Shown here one piece after another: positions 1-9,126 of a stretch of 48,636 bases of DNA. The notes below the pieces were generated by a model. It was not told the origin of the DNA. It saw nothing but the letters and a program-made list of their open reading frames with translations, and ran no database searches. A program made the translations under genes and the position numbers. Each line of letters begins with the position of its first letter. Position 1 is the stretch's first letter. Origin of the DNA: Kiritimatiellia bacterium (GTDB lineage: Bacteria; Verrucomicrobiota; Kiritimatiellia; RFP12; JAAYLN01); assembly GCA_017458965.1 (NCBI GenBank), contig JAFSZJ010000048.1, positions 1 through 48,636 on the forward strand, in the 5' to 3' direction.

Positions 1-678
1 CTTGCGCCAGAGGCGATGGCCCATCCGATACCATCCCATCGCGGACGTCTGGACCGCGACCGCTTCCTGACATGGCTATACTCCATGCGCCCGTTCGATG
101 TGATCGCGGTCGGCCCCGGCCTTGGACAGAGCGACGGAACCGCTGGCGTTGTCCGTTCGCTTCTTGAGATCGAGAAGCGCCGCATTGTCCTTGACGCCGA
201 CGCCCTGAACATCCTAGCGGCCAGCGAGGATGGACTTGAAGCCGTAGCACGTGATGTCGGCGGTGGCCGCATACTCACTCCGCATCCAGGCGAGGCGGCC
301 AGGCTGCTGAAGGTTGATGTGGCAGACATCCAGCGCGACAGGTTGTCGGCCGCGAAACGCCTGGCCGAGCTCTCGAAGGCGGTTGTCGTCCTCAAGGGAC
401 ATCGGACGCTTGTTTGCGTAGAGGGCGCTGAACCGCTTGTATGCGAAGCCGGCAATCCGGGCATGGCCACTGGCGGAAGCGGAGATGTCCTTACCGGCAT
501 CATCGCGGCGCTTTGGGGCCAAGGCATGGCCGCGCGCGACGCCGCGGCCTTCGGCGTATGGCTTCACGCTGAGGCCGGCGACATGGCCGCAGCGGAGGTT
601 GGCGAGGAATCCTTGATAGCGAGGGACATCATCTCGCACCTTGGGCAGGCCTTCCGCGTCGCAAGGGGAGGCGTCTGA
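1..678 (+). CDS. nnr: NAD(P)H-hydrate dehydratase (YjeF C-terminal carbohydrate-kinase domain), 5'-truncated by the window edge
   Basis: Frame is open from base 1. Motifs GPGLG, LDADALN, LTPHPGEAARLL, VVLKGHRT and GNPGMATGGSGDVLTGII are typical of NAD(P)HX dehydratase. The N-terminal part of the domain is missing. Confidence 0.85.
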   Translation, partial: LAPEAMAHPIPSHRGRLDRDRFLTWLYSMRPFDVIAVGPGLGQSDGTAGVVRSLLEIEKRRIVLDADALNILAASEDGLEAVARDVGGGRILTPHPGEAARLLKVDVADIQRDRLSAAKRLAELSKAVVVLKGHRTLVCVEGAEPLVCEAGNPGMATGGSGDVLTGIIAALWGQGMAARDAAAFGVWLHAEAGDMAAAEVGEESLIARDIISHLGQAFRVARGGV

Positions 679-705
679 AGACAGCGCCATCCAACGCGCT
701 GGCCT

Positions 706-2277
706 TCAGCCGACGATAATGTGCCACGAGGCTGTGAACGGCAGCGCCGTACGCGCTGAGATCGCCTCGCAACGTGCTTGCACAAGGTGCCCGAATCCTT
801 CCGTGACCTGACATTCCGAACGCGACTGTTCGCATTGGGCGGATGACGAGTCGATTTGCACGACGGCGTCACTCACCTCCGCCGGGATGTGGAAGCGTAT
901 GGAAACATCGTGCGGCCTTGCGTCGCATTTGCCGCCGATCTCGTCCTTGCCGACAAGCCCACCGTCCGTAAGCGTCAGAGTTCGACGTGCACTGACACCG
1001 TTTACGTATTCGCATATGGCGATGACGGAGGAAGCATCGCGCCGCTCGATAAACGTGCGCGCACGGCGAGCGACGCGATGGCTCGCCCAAACCTCGCTCG
1101 AATTGGCGCCATCGACGACGGGGACGTTGTGCGCCGCGCTGGAGCGCTGCCTTGCCCGCTCCTCGCAGATGACATACCTGTCGCATCCGGTGTCCGTGAC
1201 GATCTTGCGGGTCCCGTGCCATAGCTCGAAGGTCAGCGAATCTGCGTGGGCGTGTCCGGGCTGGTACGATGGGCCGATATCGCCGCATTTGGCGATCATC
1301 GTCCAATCGCCGCGCTCAATGCGCACATAGCCTGATGTCTCGCCATCGGCAACGGCATGGTCTGGCACGATGCCCAGCGTTGATGCGTATTCGCGGAGCA
1401 TTGCAGGAGGGAGGGCGATGCCGTGCGCAGCGTCGTTGAAGAGGACAATGCGGCCGTCAGGCGCGGTGAGGGTCCCGAGTCCGGAGAGCATGCGTGTGGC
1501 AAAGCCGCGGATGAAATCGTCGTCTGTTATCGCGACGAGATCAAGCATGTCCTCGAGGATGATGGAGTGGTACATCGCGCTTCGCTCGAAATGGATACCG
1601 TCCGCGAGTACCTGCCGCAGTAGCTCGCGCCTAAGGATGCGCATGCCTGCGCGTAACCAGCGGCCGGCCTCGCCTTCGCCGCTTCCGCCGCCGAAGAACC
1701 AGCCTGCGAAAACGAGCGCCTTGGCGTTTGCGAGGAGGTGGTTTGCGAGGAGATGGTATTCCAAGGACTTCGCAAGCCATCGCGCCTGCTCGCAGAGCGA
1801 GCGCTCCATCTCGCGGACATCCGCCTCGCGCACATCCGCCAGGTCTCTGCCTTCAGAGGCGAGGAACTTCACCCAGTTGACTATGCGCAGTGACAGCGGG
1901 TAAGGCTCCCATCCATCGCCAACGGGGCGCGGATTCGAATGTATCCAGTCGAGGACGAGGTCAAGCGCTTGGACTAGACCGACGCCGTCCTGACGGAGGC
2001 AGTCGAAGTAGTGGAGGTTGTAGATCCAGAGCTTCTTCAGGGCCTTGTCCCTCCACGAGCGCGGCATCTCATGCGTCTCGCCAATGAACGAGAAGGTGGC
2101 GTCGCCGTCCCAGACCTTGTAATAACGCGGGAACGGGGCGGATGGGTGAACACCTTCCCTTGGTTGCAGGCGGTCGGAGGATACCGGTAGTCGCGGACGG
2201 CGGTTCCACACTCGCGCCAGGATCTGGATAGGGCGCAGATGGACGATGGTCCTGAGGATAAGCGTCAATCGCCGCAC
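706..2277 (-). CDS. heparinase II/III family protein (no signal peptide, probably cytoplasmic polysaccharide-modifying enzyme)
   Basis: 523-aa ORF with motifs NLHYFDCL, WEPYPLSLRIVNW, YHLLANHLLANAKAL, GPSYQPGHAHADSLTFELW and AAHNVPVVDG. N-terminus HLRPIQI resembles family members found in glycan-biosynthesis loci. GTG (2277) or TTG (2268) start, overlapping the queA stop. Confidence 0.8.
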   Translation of the reverse strand: MRRLTLILRTIVHLRPIQILARVWNRRPRLPVSSDRLQPREGVHPSAPFPRYYKVWDGDATFSFIGETHEMPRSWRDKALKKLWIYNLHYFDCLRQDGVGLVQALDLVLDWIHSNPRPVGDGWEPYPLSLRIVNWVKFLASEGRDLADVREADVREMERSLCEQARWLAKSLEYHLLANHLLANAKALVFAGWFFGGGSGEGEAGRWLRAGMRILRRELLRQVLADGIHFERSAMYHSIILEDMLDLVAITDDDFIRGFATRMLSGLGTLTAPDGRIVLFNDAAHGIALPPAMLREYASTLGIVPDHAVADGETSGYVRIERGDWTMIAKCGDIGPSYQPGHAHADSLTFELWHGTRKIVTDTGCDRYVICEERARQRSSAAHNVPVVDGANSSEVWASHRVARRARTFIERRDASSVIAICEYVNGVSARRTLTLTDGGLVGKDEIGGKCDARPHDVSIRFHIPAEVSDAVVQIDSSSAQCEQSRSECQVTEGFGHLVQARCEAISARTALPFTASWHIIVG

Positions 2278-3341
2278 AGGCCGTCCCCTATGAGCATGCA
2301 GTCGCCGTAGCTGAAGAACATGTAGCGCTGATCGATGGCGTCGCGGTATGCCGCCAGGATGTTCTCGCGGCCTGCAAGAGCCGAGACCATCATGAGCAGC
2401 GTCGATTTCGGCAGATGGAAGTTGGTGATCATCATGTCCGTGAAGCGGAAGCGGAACGGCTCGCGGATGAAGAGCGAGCTGCGCCCTGAGCAGGCGACGG
2501 CCTCGCCATCGTGCTCAATGGCCATCGTCTCAAGCGTTCGCACAGTTGTGCTGCCAACGCATACGACGCGCCCACCCCTTGCACGGCATGCGCGAAGCGA
2601 CGCGGCAGCCGCCTCCGGCACCTCGTAGCGCTCTGAGTGCATAGGATGGTCGTCGGGGTTCTCAACCTGCACAGGGCGGAACGTTCCGGGTCCGACATGC
2701 AGCGTGATCTTGGCCACATCGATGCCTGACGCCCTTATCTCCTCCAGCATCTTCTTGTTGAAGTGAAGGCCGGCCGTTGGGGCCGCGACCGCGCCTACGC
2801 GCTCGGCGTAGACGGTCTGGTAGCGTTCGGCATCCTCCTTTGCGGTCGAGGCGTTGGGTATCTTGCGCGATATGTATGGCGGGAGCGGCGTCTCGCCGCA
2901 CTCGTCGAGTATGCCCTGCAACTCACCGTCGAACACCAGGCGTACGATGAACGCGCCGTCCGTCCTATCGGATCGTGAGATGAACTCCGCTTTGAGGCGT
3001 CCGTCTCCGAACACGGCGACGTTTCCGGCCCTGAATGGCCGTCCGCTTCCGGCGATCGCCTCCCACATCCCCGCCTCGGCGAGCGGTTCGAGCAGCAGCA
3101 GCTCGACGCGTCCGCCGGTATCATTCCAAGCCCCCTTGATGCGTGCGGGGAAGACACGGGTGTCGTTGAGGACGAGAAGGTCGCCCTTGCGAAGGTATTG
3201 CGGCAGATCGGTGAATATGCGGTGGTCGCGGTGCCCGTTGACGCGGTCGAGGACGAGCATCCTTGCCGCCTCGCGTTGCGCAGGGGGGTGCTGCGCGATC
3301 AGTTCGCGCGGCAGATCATAGTCGAAGTCGCTTGTGAGCAT
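2265..3341 (-). CDS. queA: S-adenosylmethionine:tRNA ribosyltransferase-isomerase
   Basis: 358 aa with hallmark QueA motifs MLTSDFDYDLPRELIAQHP, GAVAAPTAGLHF, FHLPKSTLLMMVSA and FFSYGDCMLI. Confidence 0.93.
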   Translation of the reverse strand: MLTSDFDYDLPRELIAQHPPAQREAARMLVLDRVNGHRDHRIFTDLPQYLRKGDLLVLNDTRVFPARIKGAWNDTGGRVELLLLEPLAEAGMWEAIAGSGRPFRAGNVAVFGDGRLKAEFISRSDRTDGAFIVRLVFDGELQGILDECGETPLPPYISRKIPNASTAKEDAERYQTVYAERVGAVAAPTAGLHFNKKMLEEIRASGIDVAKITLHVGPGTFRPVQVENPDDHPMHSERYEVPEAAAASLRACRARGGRVVCVGSTTVRTLETMAIEHDGEAVACSGRSSLFIREPFRFRFTDMMITNFHLPKSTLLMMVSALAGRENILAAYRDAIDQRYMFFSYGDCMLIGDGLCGD

Positions 3342-3369
3342 GGCGCGGCGCCGGCCGTCGGCAACGGGA

Positions 3370-4719
3370 TCAAGCGCGGATCATCGCGAGCAGGGCGTCG
3401 CGCCGCTCGGCCATCACATCCGCGGTCTTCGCTTCGAGGTTGAGGCGGACGAGGGGCTCGGTGTTCGAGCTGCGGACATTGCACCACCATCCTTCGCTCT
3501 CCCACTTGTCGACCGAGACGCCGTCAAGCTCGAAGACGCGGTCGGCCTTGCCCTCGAACTCGGCCTTGATACGTGAAAGCACGGACGCGGGATCGCCAGC
3601 TACGCGCGTGTTGATCTCACCGCTCTGCACATACTTGCGGAGAGGGGCGATCAGCTCGCTAAGCGGACGATTGGACGCCGACACGATGTTGGCGAGAGCG
3701 AAGACGGCCATCGACGACGACTCTGCCGTGTAGTTTGCCTTGAAGTAGTAGTGGCCGGAAAGCTCGCCGGCGAAGACGGCGTCGTTCTGGCGCATCTGGT
3801 CCTTGATGAACGAGTGGCCAACGCGGGACATCATCGGGCGTCCGCCGCACTCTGCGATCGTCTCCTCGACGACGCGGGAGCTGCGGAGGTCGTAGAAGCA
3901 AGCCGCGCCCGGGGTGGAGGCGAGCATGTCGCGCGCCACGAGGGCGGTGATGAAGTCCATCGGAATGATGTCGCCCTTTTCATCGACGAAGCCCACGCGG
4001 TCGGCGTCGCCGTCGAATGCCGCGCCGAAGGCGTACTTGCCCGGGTTTGCGCGGACGAGCGCCTGAAGGTCGCGGAGCGTCTCGGTCTTTAGCGGGTTGG
4101 CCTCGTGGTTGGGGAAGGAGCCATCGAACTCGCCATACAGCGAATCGAATGTAAGGGCCGTGCCATCGAAGCTCTTCGACTCGCAGATGCCCATGCCGTT
4201 CGCGAAGTCGCATGCGATATGAAGCGGACGGGCGAGCCGTGCGAACGAGCGGACATGGGCGGCATACGCAGGAAGGACATCGACCTTGGACACCGACCCC
4301 TTGGCGGTTGCCGCAGGGCCGAAGTCGTCTGACATCACCATGCGCTCGATATCCGCGATGCCGGTCGCGCCCGAAATCGGCACGGCCCCGCCGCGGCAGA
4401 GCTTGCACCCGTTCCACTCCTTGGTGTTGTGGGAGGCGGTGATCATGACGGAGCCGTCGGCGCCGAGGGAGCCGTTGGCGAAGTAGCTCATTGGCGTCGA
4501 GGCGTGGCCTATGTCTATCACGTCGGCGCCGGACTCTGTAAGCCCCTTGGCGAACGCCTCGAAGAGGGGATCGGAATGCGGACGGCAGTCGCGCGCCACA
4601 ACAACCTTGCGTACGCCGGTGAACTTCGCGTAAGCCCGCGCGATCTTCCCGAAGACCTCTTCCGTGACGTCCTTTCCGTACACGCCTCGGATGTCGTATG
4701 CCTTGAAAATACCTGCCAT
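3370..4719 (-). CDS. phosphomannomutase/phosphoglucomutase (alpha-D-phosphohexomutase)
   Basis: 449 aa. IFKAYDIRGVYG start, phosphoserine loop TASHNTKEWNG, Mg loop FDGDADR, sugar loop GELSGH. GGGAGG lies 12 nt upstream of the ATG. Confidence 0.9.
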   Translation of the reverse strand: MAGIFKAYDIRGVYGKDVTEEVFGKIARAYAKFTGVRKVVVARDCRPHSDPLFEAFAKGLTESGADVIDIGHASTPMSYFANGSLGADGSVMITASHNTKEWNGCKLCRGGAVPISGATGIADIERMVMSDDFGPAATAKGSVSKVDVLPAYAAHVRSFARLARPLHIACDFANGMGICESKSFDGTALTFDSLYGEFDGSFPNHEANPLKTETLRDLQALVRANPGKYAFGAAFDGDADRVGFVDEKGDIIPMDFITALVARDMLASTPGAACFYDLRSSRVVEETIAECGGRPMMSRVGHSFIKDQMRQNDAVFAGELSGHYYFKANYTAESSSMAVFALANIVSASNRPLSELIAPLRKYVQSGEINTRVAGDPASVLSRIKAEFEGKADRVFELDGVSVDKWESEGWWCNVRSSNTEPLVRLNLEAKTADVMAERRDALLAMIRA

Positions 4720-4756
4720 AGCCGTCTAAAACCTCCCGTTTCAAGAATGCGACATC

Positions 4757-4765
4757 ATTTTACCA
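4757..4765 (-). promoter_or_regulatory. candidate extended -10 promoter (TGgTAAAAT) for the phosphohexomutase-queA-heparinase-like operon
   Basis: Minus-strand sequence is TGGTAAAAT, about 38 nt upstream of ATG 4719. The same TGGTA-type element is seen upstream of capD-like, gspF and scpA. Confidence 0.35.
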
Positions 4766-4807
4766 TGATTATGGAGGCGCATGCCGCGTCATGTCATCGC
4801 GGTTTTG

Positions 4808-4823
4808 TGGTACGATTCGTGCT
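4808..4823 (+). promoter_or_regulatory. sigma54-type -24/-12 box (TGGTAC-N5-GTGCT); could alternatively be read as extended -10 TGgTACGAT
   Basis: GG-N10-GC spacing is kept. The box lies 37 nt upstream of ATG 4861 and aligns with three other boxes (17847, 28208 minus strand, 32055). Confidence 0.4.
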
Positions 4824-4860
4824 TGACCGTACGCCATTCCGGTCTTCAGGAACCACAAAC

Positions 4861-5598
4861 ATGGAAAAAGACGTAATCATCCGCACCGAAAACGTGAAGA
4901 AGCGCTATGTGACCGGCGAGGAGGTCCTATGGGCCCTCAAAGGCATCACGCTCGACATATATCGTGGCGAGTTCATCTCCATCATGGGGCCGTCCGGTTC
5001 CGGCAAATCGACATTCTTCAACCAGATCGGCGCGCTTGATTTCCCGACCGAGGGTCGCGTCCTTTTCGAGGGGCAGTCGATCTTCGACATGACCGAATCG
5101 CAGCAGGCGTGGTTCCGCTGCAACCGCATCGGCTACATCTTCCAGACGTTTAACCTCATACAGGTCATGAGCGCCCTCCAGAACGTCACGCTTCCGATGA
5201 CTTTCCAAGGCGTCTCACCCGAGGAGGCCGAGAAGAGAGGCATAGCCATTCTCGAGAAGGTCGGCTTAGGCCACCGCATCCACCACAAGCCTTTCGAACT
5301 CTCCGGCGGCCAGTGCCAGCGCGTCGCAGTGGCGCGTGCTCTTGCCAACACACCCTCCGTGATCCTGGCCGACGAGCCGACAGGCAACCTCGACACAAAG
5401 ACCGGAACCGAGATCATAGATCTCCTCAAGCAGCTTAACGTCGAGAGCGGCGTGACCGTCATCTGCTCGACGCACGACCCCAAGATGCTCCGTTCCTCGG
5501 ACCGTATCTGCTGGATGCTCGACGGCCAGCTCGACAAGATATCCACCGGCGCCGAGTTCAGCCTTGAGTCGATGAAGCAGGACACTCAGGGGCGGTAG
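4861..5598 (+). CDS. ABC transporter ATP-binding protein, MacB/LolD/FtsE-like, with no adjacent permease
   Basis: Walker A GPSGSGKST, signature LSGGQCQRV, Walker B ILADEPTGNLD, H-loop STHD. Clear paralog of the ATPase at 35446-36228. The upstream part of track ORF 4429-5598 is antisense to the phosphohexomutase gene and was discarded. Confidence 0.9.
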   Translation: MEKDVIIRTENVKKRYVTGEEVLWALKGITLDIYRGEFISIMGPSGSGKSTFFNQIGALDFPTEGRVLFEGQSIFDMTESQQAWFRCNRIGYIFQTFNLIQVMSALQNVTLPMTFQGVSPEEAEKRGIAILEKVGLGHRIHHKPFELSGGQCQRVAVARALANTPSVILADEPTGNLDTKTGTEIIDLLKQLNVESGVTVICSTHDPKMLRSSDRICWMLDGQLDKISTGAEFSLESMKQDTQGR

Positions 5599-5603
5599 AC
5601 CGG

Positions 5604-6107
5604 TTGAAGGGTGAAGGGTTGAAGGACCGTCTTTTCCTTTTGGTGACGTCCGGCTTCGGGCTTGGGCTTCTGCCAGGCGCCCCGGGCACATTCGGCGCCG
5701 TGGTCGGCCTCATCTGGCACCTTGCCGCATGGGCCGCCGGTTTCGGGGCGACGGCGATCCGCTTGTGGTGCCTCGCCGGCGTGATCCTTTTCCTGGTTCT
5801 TCACTACGCGCTGACGCCATGGGCGCAGAGATACTGGAACGAAAGCGACCCGAAGCACTACATCATAGACGAGATCCCCGGCTACCTGATGGTGCCCGTC
5901 CTGTCGCTGCCGGCGGTCCGGATAGAGCACATACTCCTTGGCTTCGTCATCGAACGCATCTGCGATATCATCAAGCTGCCGGTTGCGCGCTACTTCGACC
6001 GGAAGGTCCACAACGCCACAGGCGTCGTGATGGACGACATCATCGCCGGCATCTACGCGGCTGTCATTCTTTCGCTGGCAATTCGGTTCATACCGCCGCT
6101 TTTTTGA
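5604..6107 (+). CDS. pgpA: phosphatidylglycerophosphatase A
   Basis: 167 aa with PgpA motifs GFGLGLLPGAPGTFGAVVG, IIDEIPGY, DIIKLPVAR and DDIIAGIYAAV. TTG start (5604 or 5619), 5 nt after the ATPase stop. Confidence 0.85.
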   Translation: MKGEGLKDRLFLLVTSGFGLGLLPGAPGTFGAVVGLIWHLAAWAAGFGATAIRLWCLAGVILFLVLHYALTPWAQRYWNESDPKHYIIDEIPGYLMVPVLSLPAVRIEHILLGFVIERICDIIKLPVARYFDRKVHNATGVVMDDIIAGIYAAVILSLAIRFIPPLF

Positions 6108-9036
6108 CGGCGGCATCCTCTCCGAACTCGACGCCGCCCTCCTCGCCGACGCGGCGCTGCTCCGTTATCCAGCGGCATAACGCCACCTCAAGCAGGATGA
6201 GCGCAAGAAGCGGCACCGCGAAGCGGCGCCAAAGTTCGCGCCCGACGGCGCCACCGCCAAGTGCGCGCTGCATGGAGTCCTTTTCGTCCGCGACGGCGAA
6301 GTCGATGAAGCGCGACACATAGGCGACATCATCCTCGCCAAGAGCGTCCATGCGGCTTTCCCCGCCATCAGTGGCGACCGCGAACGATATGCGGGCGAAG
6401 CCGTTAGACAGCGGCCCTAGCGTAGCCAGGTCCGGGGCGAGCAGGGACGGGACAAGCGCCGTGTACACGCCGGGAGTCATGCGATGGCGGATGTCGAGGG
6501 ACAGCGCGTCCGCGGTGCGGCGCAGCGTGGCGTCAACGGGGGCCGCGCTGTCAGGGGCCGTCACGGATGCGGTGTATGTCTCCGACCAGTCCTTCTGCGT
6601 GTTCCTCACTGGCGAGAGGTACTTCCTGGGGATCGACTGATCGCCGATGCCATTGCCGTTCCAGCGCAGATCGATGTGCGAATCCCTGCTGTTGCGTCCT
6701 GAGTATGTGACCACGAAGTCATGCCGCCGCCCTTCCGCGAGATCTATCGACAGGCCTGATCGCCGCAGTCCGAAATGGCGCTTGTCGTCGGCGAAGGCTA
6801 TCGTCGCATTGCCGCCGGCGCGGGCATATATGTTGTATGTGCCTGTCTTCGGAACCATGAGCGACCCGCTCCATTCCACCGTCACCGGCGCATCGGACGG
6901 GAGGGCCTTGTCGATCGGGTTCTTTTGCCAGCCGAAGGTTATCGGGCCATCGACCGATATGCGTATGACACCGCCATCCGACGCCGAACGATATACGCCG
7001 CGCAGTCCGCCGTTCTCGTGCGTGGAATCCTCGATCGGGCTTTCCGAGAGGACTATGGAAAGCCCCTGCGAAGGCTGGACATTGAGTCCTGGCACCACAG
7101 GACGGGCTATGTGGCCGACCAGCGCGTGCGCAAGCGGCAAGAAACTCTGGCGCGAGATGAAGTTCCCCGAAGATGGGTCAAGACCTGCTGCGAACTGGAC
7201 TATGCGGCCACGCCCCGCCTTCCGCTCCGCCAGAAGCGCCGATCCGTCGAACAGGCGCGCCCCTATTTCGGATGTGACGCCTTCCTGCACGGCGGTTTTC
7301 CAGATACGCTCGAAGATGGTTCCTGCGAGGTCGCCCTTTTCAGCCATCGCGGCCAGTGAGGGATGGGTAAGCGTCCTTGGGTCAAGAGGCGTCCCAGTCG
7401 TCTGCATCGGCGAATCGCCAAGCAACATCAGCGGCATCACAGGGGCACCGTCATCATCGGTCCAGCCGTTGTAGAAGTCAGCGGATGACGCCGACGAGTT
7501 CACCACCATGAGTCCGCCGCCACGCTCCACGTAGTAGATTAGGCGCGAGGCGACATCCGGCGAGAGGCGCGGGACGTCTGCGAGGATAATGGCGCTGTAA
7601 GGCGACAGGTTCGTCATAGCGGACATCTCCTGAGCAAGCGCAAGGCGTGGACGGAAAAAGGTCCTCATGCGTGGCGCCGCCGCCACCGCGCCATTCTGCT
7701 TGGCAGCCGCTCCGGCGGCAGGCGCCAGGGCTTCCCTGTCGGCCAACGTGACCTCGCTAGGGGCGAGCGCCAGCGCGATGTAGGCACCTGCGCGCCCAGA
7801 CATCCGCCGCGACCGCGCACCCTCGACCACTAGTACGTCGAGAGCCGACCTGACCGCTGCGACGCGTACGAGCGCATCGTCGGCCGGAAGATCGTCGTCG
7901 ATATCCAGATAGGCCCGGACCTCATGCGTGCCAGGCTTTGAAAAACGGTGGTTGAACTGGATGACGCGGCTTTCGCCCGGCTGGAGCTGGCCTATGCCTG
8001 ACGATGTCAGGACGCGCCCCTCCGTCGCCAGCGAGAGCGACGCGGCCGATGCGGCCTCGTCCCCGTTGTTAGCCACGGTGACGTCGATTCTGACCTCTCT
8101 GTCAGTACCTATCACGTCGCGGGAGAAGGACATGGAGGAGACGGTGAGATTTCGGAGGCTTCCGGGAGCCGGGAGCCGTCGCAGCACGATGCGGGGTTGG
8201 CGAGGGAGAACGGCCAGTACATCCTTGGCGCATTCCCATGTGCCGTCCTCTCCTATGTCCCATCCGGTCTTCTGTCCGTCGCCAATGACAAGAATCTCCT
8301 TGTTCCCGCTAGTCCCCTGCATGAGGGAAGTCGTAGCCTCGGCAAGCGCATCCGGCATGTCCAACGTCCCCTGGAGCGGAACCGCCTCGTCCAGAAGGCG
8401 GAAGAGAAGGCGCCTGTCCGTGGTCGGCGCCGGCGTGATGGCGTGCGACACGGACCCTCCGAGGACGATGGTGAACGCCGTGTTGCGCCGCGATGCCTCA
8501 ATGTATTCCGAGGCGATCTTCCTGGCGGCGTCGAAATTGCGTGATCCGTCGTTCCGCAGCGTCATAGAGGACGAGGCGTCGATGATGATCGCGACGTCTT
8601 TTGCCCCGTCACGGCGCGATCTCGAGAAGTGAAGGCCCCATTCCGCCATGACGCACGCCGTCGCGAAGACGGCCAAGGCGCCTCCCGCTATCCATAGGCG
8701 CCGTCTTGCCGCATGATTGGACCAGAGGGCGGCGGACGCCCCGAGTATGGCGACTGCGCCGACCGCGGCCACGGCGATGACCAACCATGCGCCGCCCGAT
8801 GTCGCGAAAGGCCTCGCGAATGCGAACCCCGCCAATGCCACGATCAGGCATCGCGTCAGCATCAGGAGAATCTCTTCGACCAGCACGCGTCGGCGCCTCT
8901 CCGCCAGCGATGCGACGAGAAACATCATCGCGCCCCAGTCACGTCGTCTCGACTTGCGCCTGTTGAGAAGGTGCAGCAGCAATGGGACCGACACCCCGGC
9001 AAGCCCCAGAAGCATCCATGGATTTAGAAAAAGCAT
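6088..9036 (-). CDS. BatA-domain / von Willebrand A / PA14 multidomain membrane protein
   Basis: Start reassigned to ATG 9036 because MLFLNPWMLLGLAGVSVPLLLHLLNRR is the BatA N-terminal double-TM motif. vWA MIDAS DVAIIIDASSSM. PA14-like block GLRGVY...VEWSGSLMVPKTGTYNIYARAGG...IDLRWNG. C-terminal TM helix. The 3' end overlaps the pgpA 3' end by 20 nt (convergent). Confidence 0.85.
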   Translation of the reverse strand: MLFLNPWMLLGLAGVSVPLLLHLLNRRKSRRRDWGAMMFLVASLAERRRRVLVEEILLMLTRCLIVALAGFAFARPFATSGGAWLVIAVAAVGAVAILGASAALWSNHAARRRLWIAGGALAVFATACVMAEWGLHFSRSRRDGAKDVAIIIDASSSMTLRNDGSRNFDAARKIASEYIEASRRNTAFTIVLGGSVSHAITPAPTTDRRLLFRLLDEAVPLQGTLDMPDALAEATTSLMQGTSGNKEILVIGDGQKTGWDIGEDGTWECAKDVLAVLPRQPRIVLRRLPAPGSLRNLTVSSMSFSRDVIGTDREVRIDVTVANNGDEAASAASLSLATEGRVLTSSGIGQLQPGESRVIQFNHRFSKPGTHEVRAYLDIDDDLPADDALVRVAAVRSALDVLVVEGARSRRMSGRAGAYIALALAPSEVTLADREALAPAAGAAAKQNGAVAAAPRMRTFFRPRLALAQEMSAMTNLSPYSAIILADVPRLSPDVASRLIYYVERGGGLMVVNSSASSADFYNGWTDDDGAPVMPLMLLGDSPMQTTGTPLDPRTLTHPSLAAMAEKGDLAGTIFERIWKTAVQEGVTSEIGARLFDGSALLAERKAGRGRIVQFAAGLDPSSGNFISRQSFLPLAHALVGHIARPVVPGLNVQPSQGLSIVLSESPIEDSTHENGGLRGVYRSASDGGVIRISVDGPITFGWQKNPIDKALPSDAPVTVEWSGSLMVPKTGTYNIYARAGGNATIAFADDKRHFGLRRSGLSIDLAEGRRHDFVVTYSGRNSRDSHIDLRWNGNGIGDQSIPRKYLSPVRNTQKDWSETYTASVTAPDSAAPVDATLRRTADALSLDIRHRMTPGVYTALVPSLLAPDLATLGPLSNGFARISFAVATDGGESRMDALGEDDVAYVSRFIDFAVADEKDSMQRALGGGAVGRELWRRFAVPLLALILLEVALCRWITEQRRVGEEGGVEFGEDAAVKKAAV

Positions 9037-9107
9037 CGTATAGGAAAAAGCATAACCCATGCCATGCCAGATGAAAACCCTCGCCGCGCCATATACACCC
9101 GGCGTTG

Positions 9108-9116
9108 TGGTACAAT
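9108..9116 (+). promoter_or_regulatory. candidate extended -10 promoter (TGgTACAAT) for the EPS operon
   Basis: TACAAT at 9111-9116 is preceded by TG at 9108-9109. Only 10 nt separate it from ATG 9127 and no SD is present, implying a leaderless or near-leaderless transcript. Confidence 0.4.
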
Positions 9117-9126
9117 TCACTGAACA

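Noticed and set aside
9049-9064. Minus-strand TGGCAT-gggtt-ATGCT upstream of the BatA-like gene.
   Set aside because: GG-N10-GC is satisfied, but the predicted TSS would fall at or inside the conserved MLFLNPW start (ATG 9036), so the spacing differs from the other four boxes. It may be chance, or a leaderless case.
9105-9118. TTGTGGTACAATTC, nearly identical to TTGTGGTACGATTC at 4805-4818, considered as a fifth sigma54 box.
   Set aside because: It lacks the -12 GC (GG-N10-TG) and lies only 10 nt from the ATG. It is better read as an extended -10 (TGgTACAAT). This also leaves the 4808 box ambiguous.
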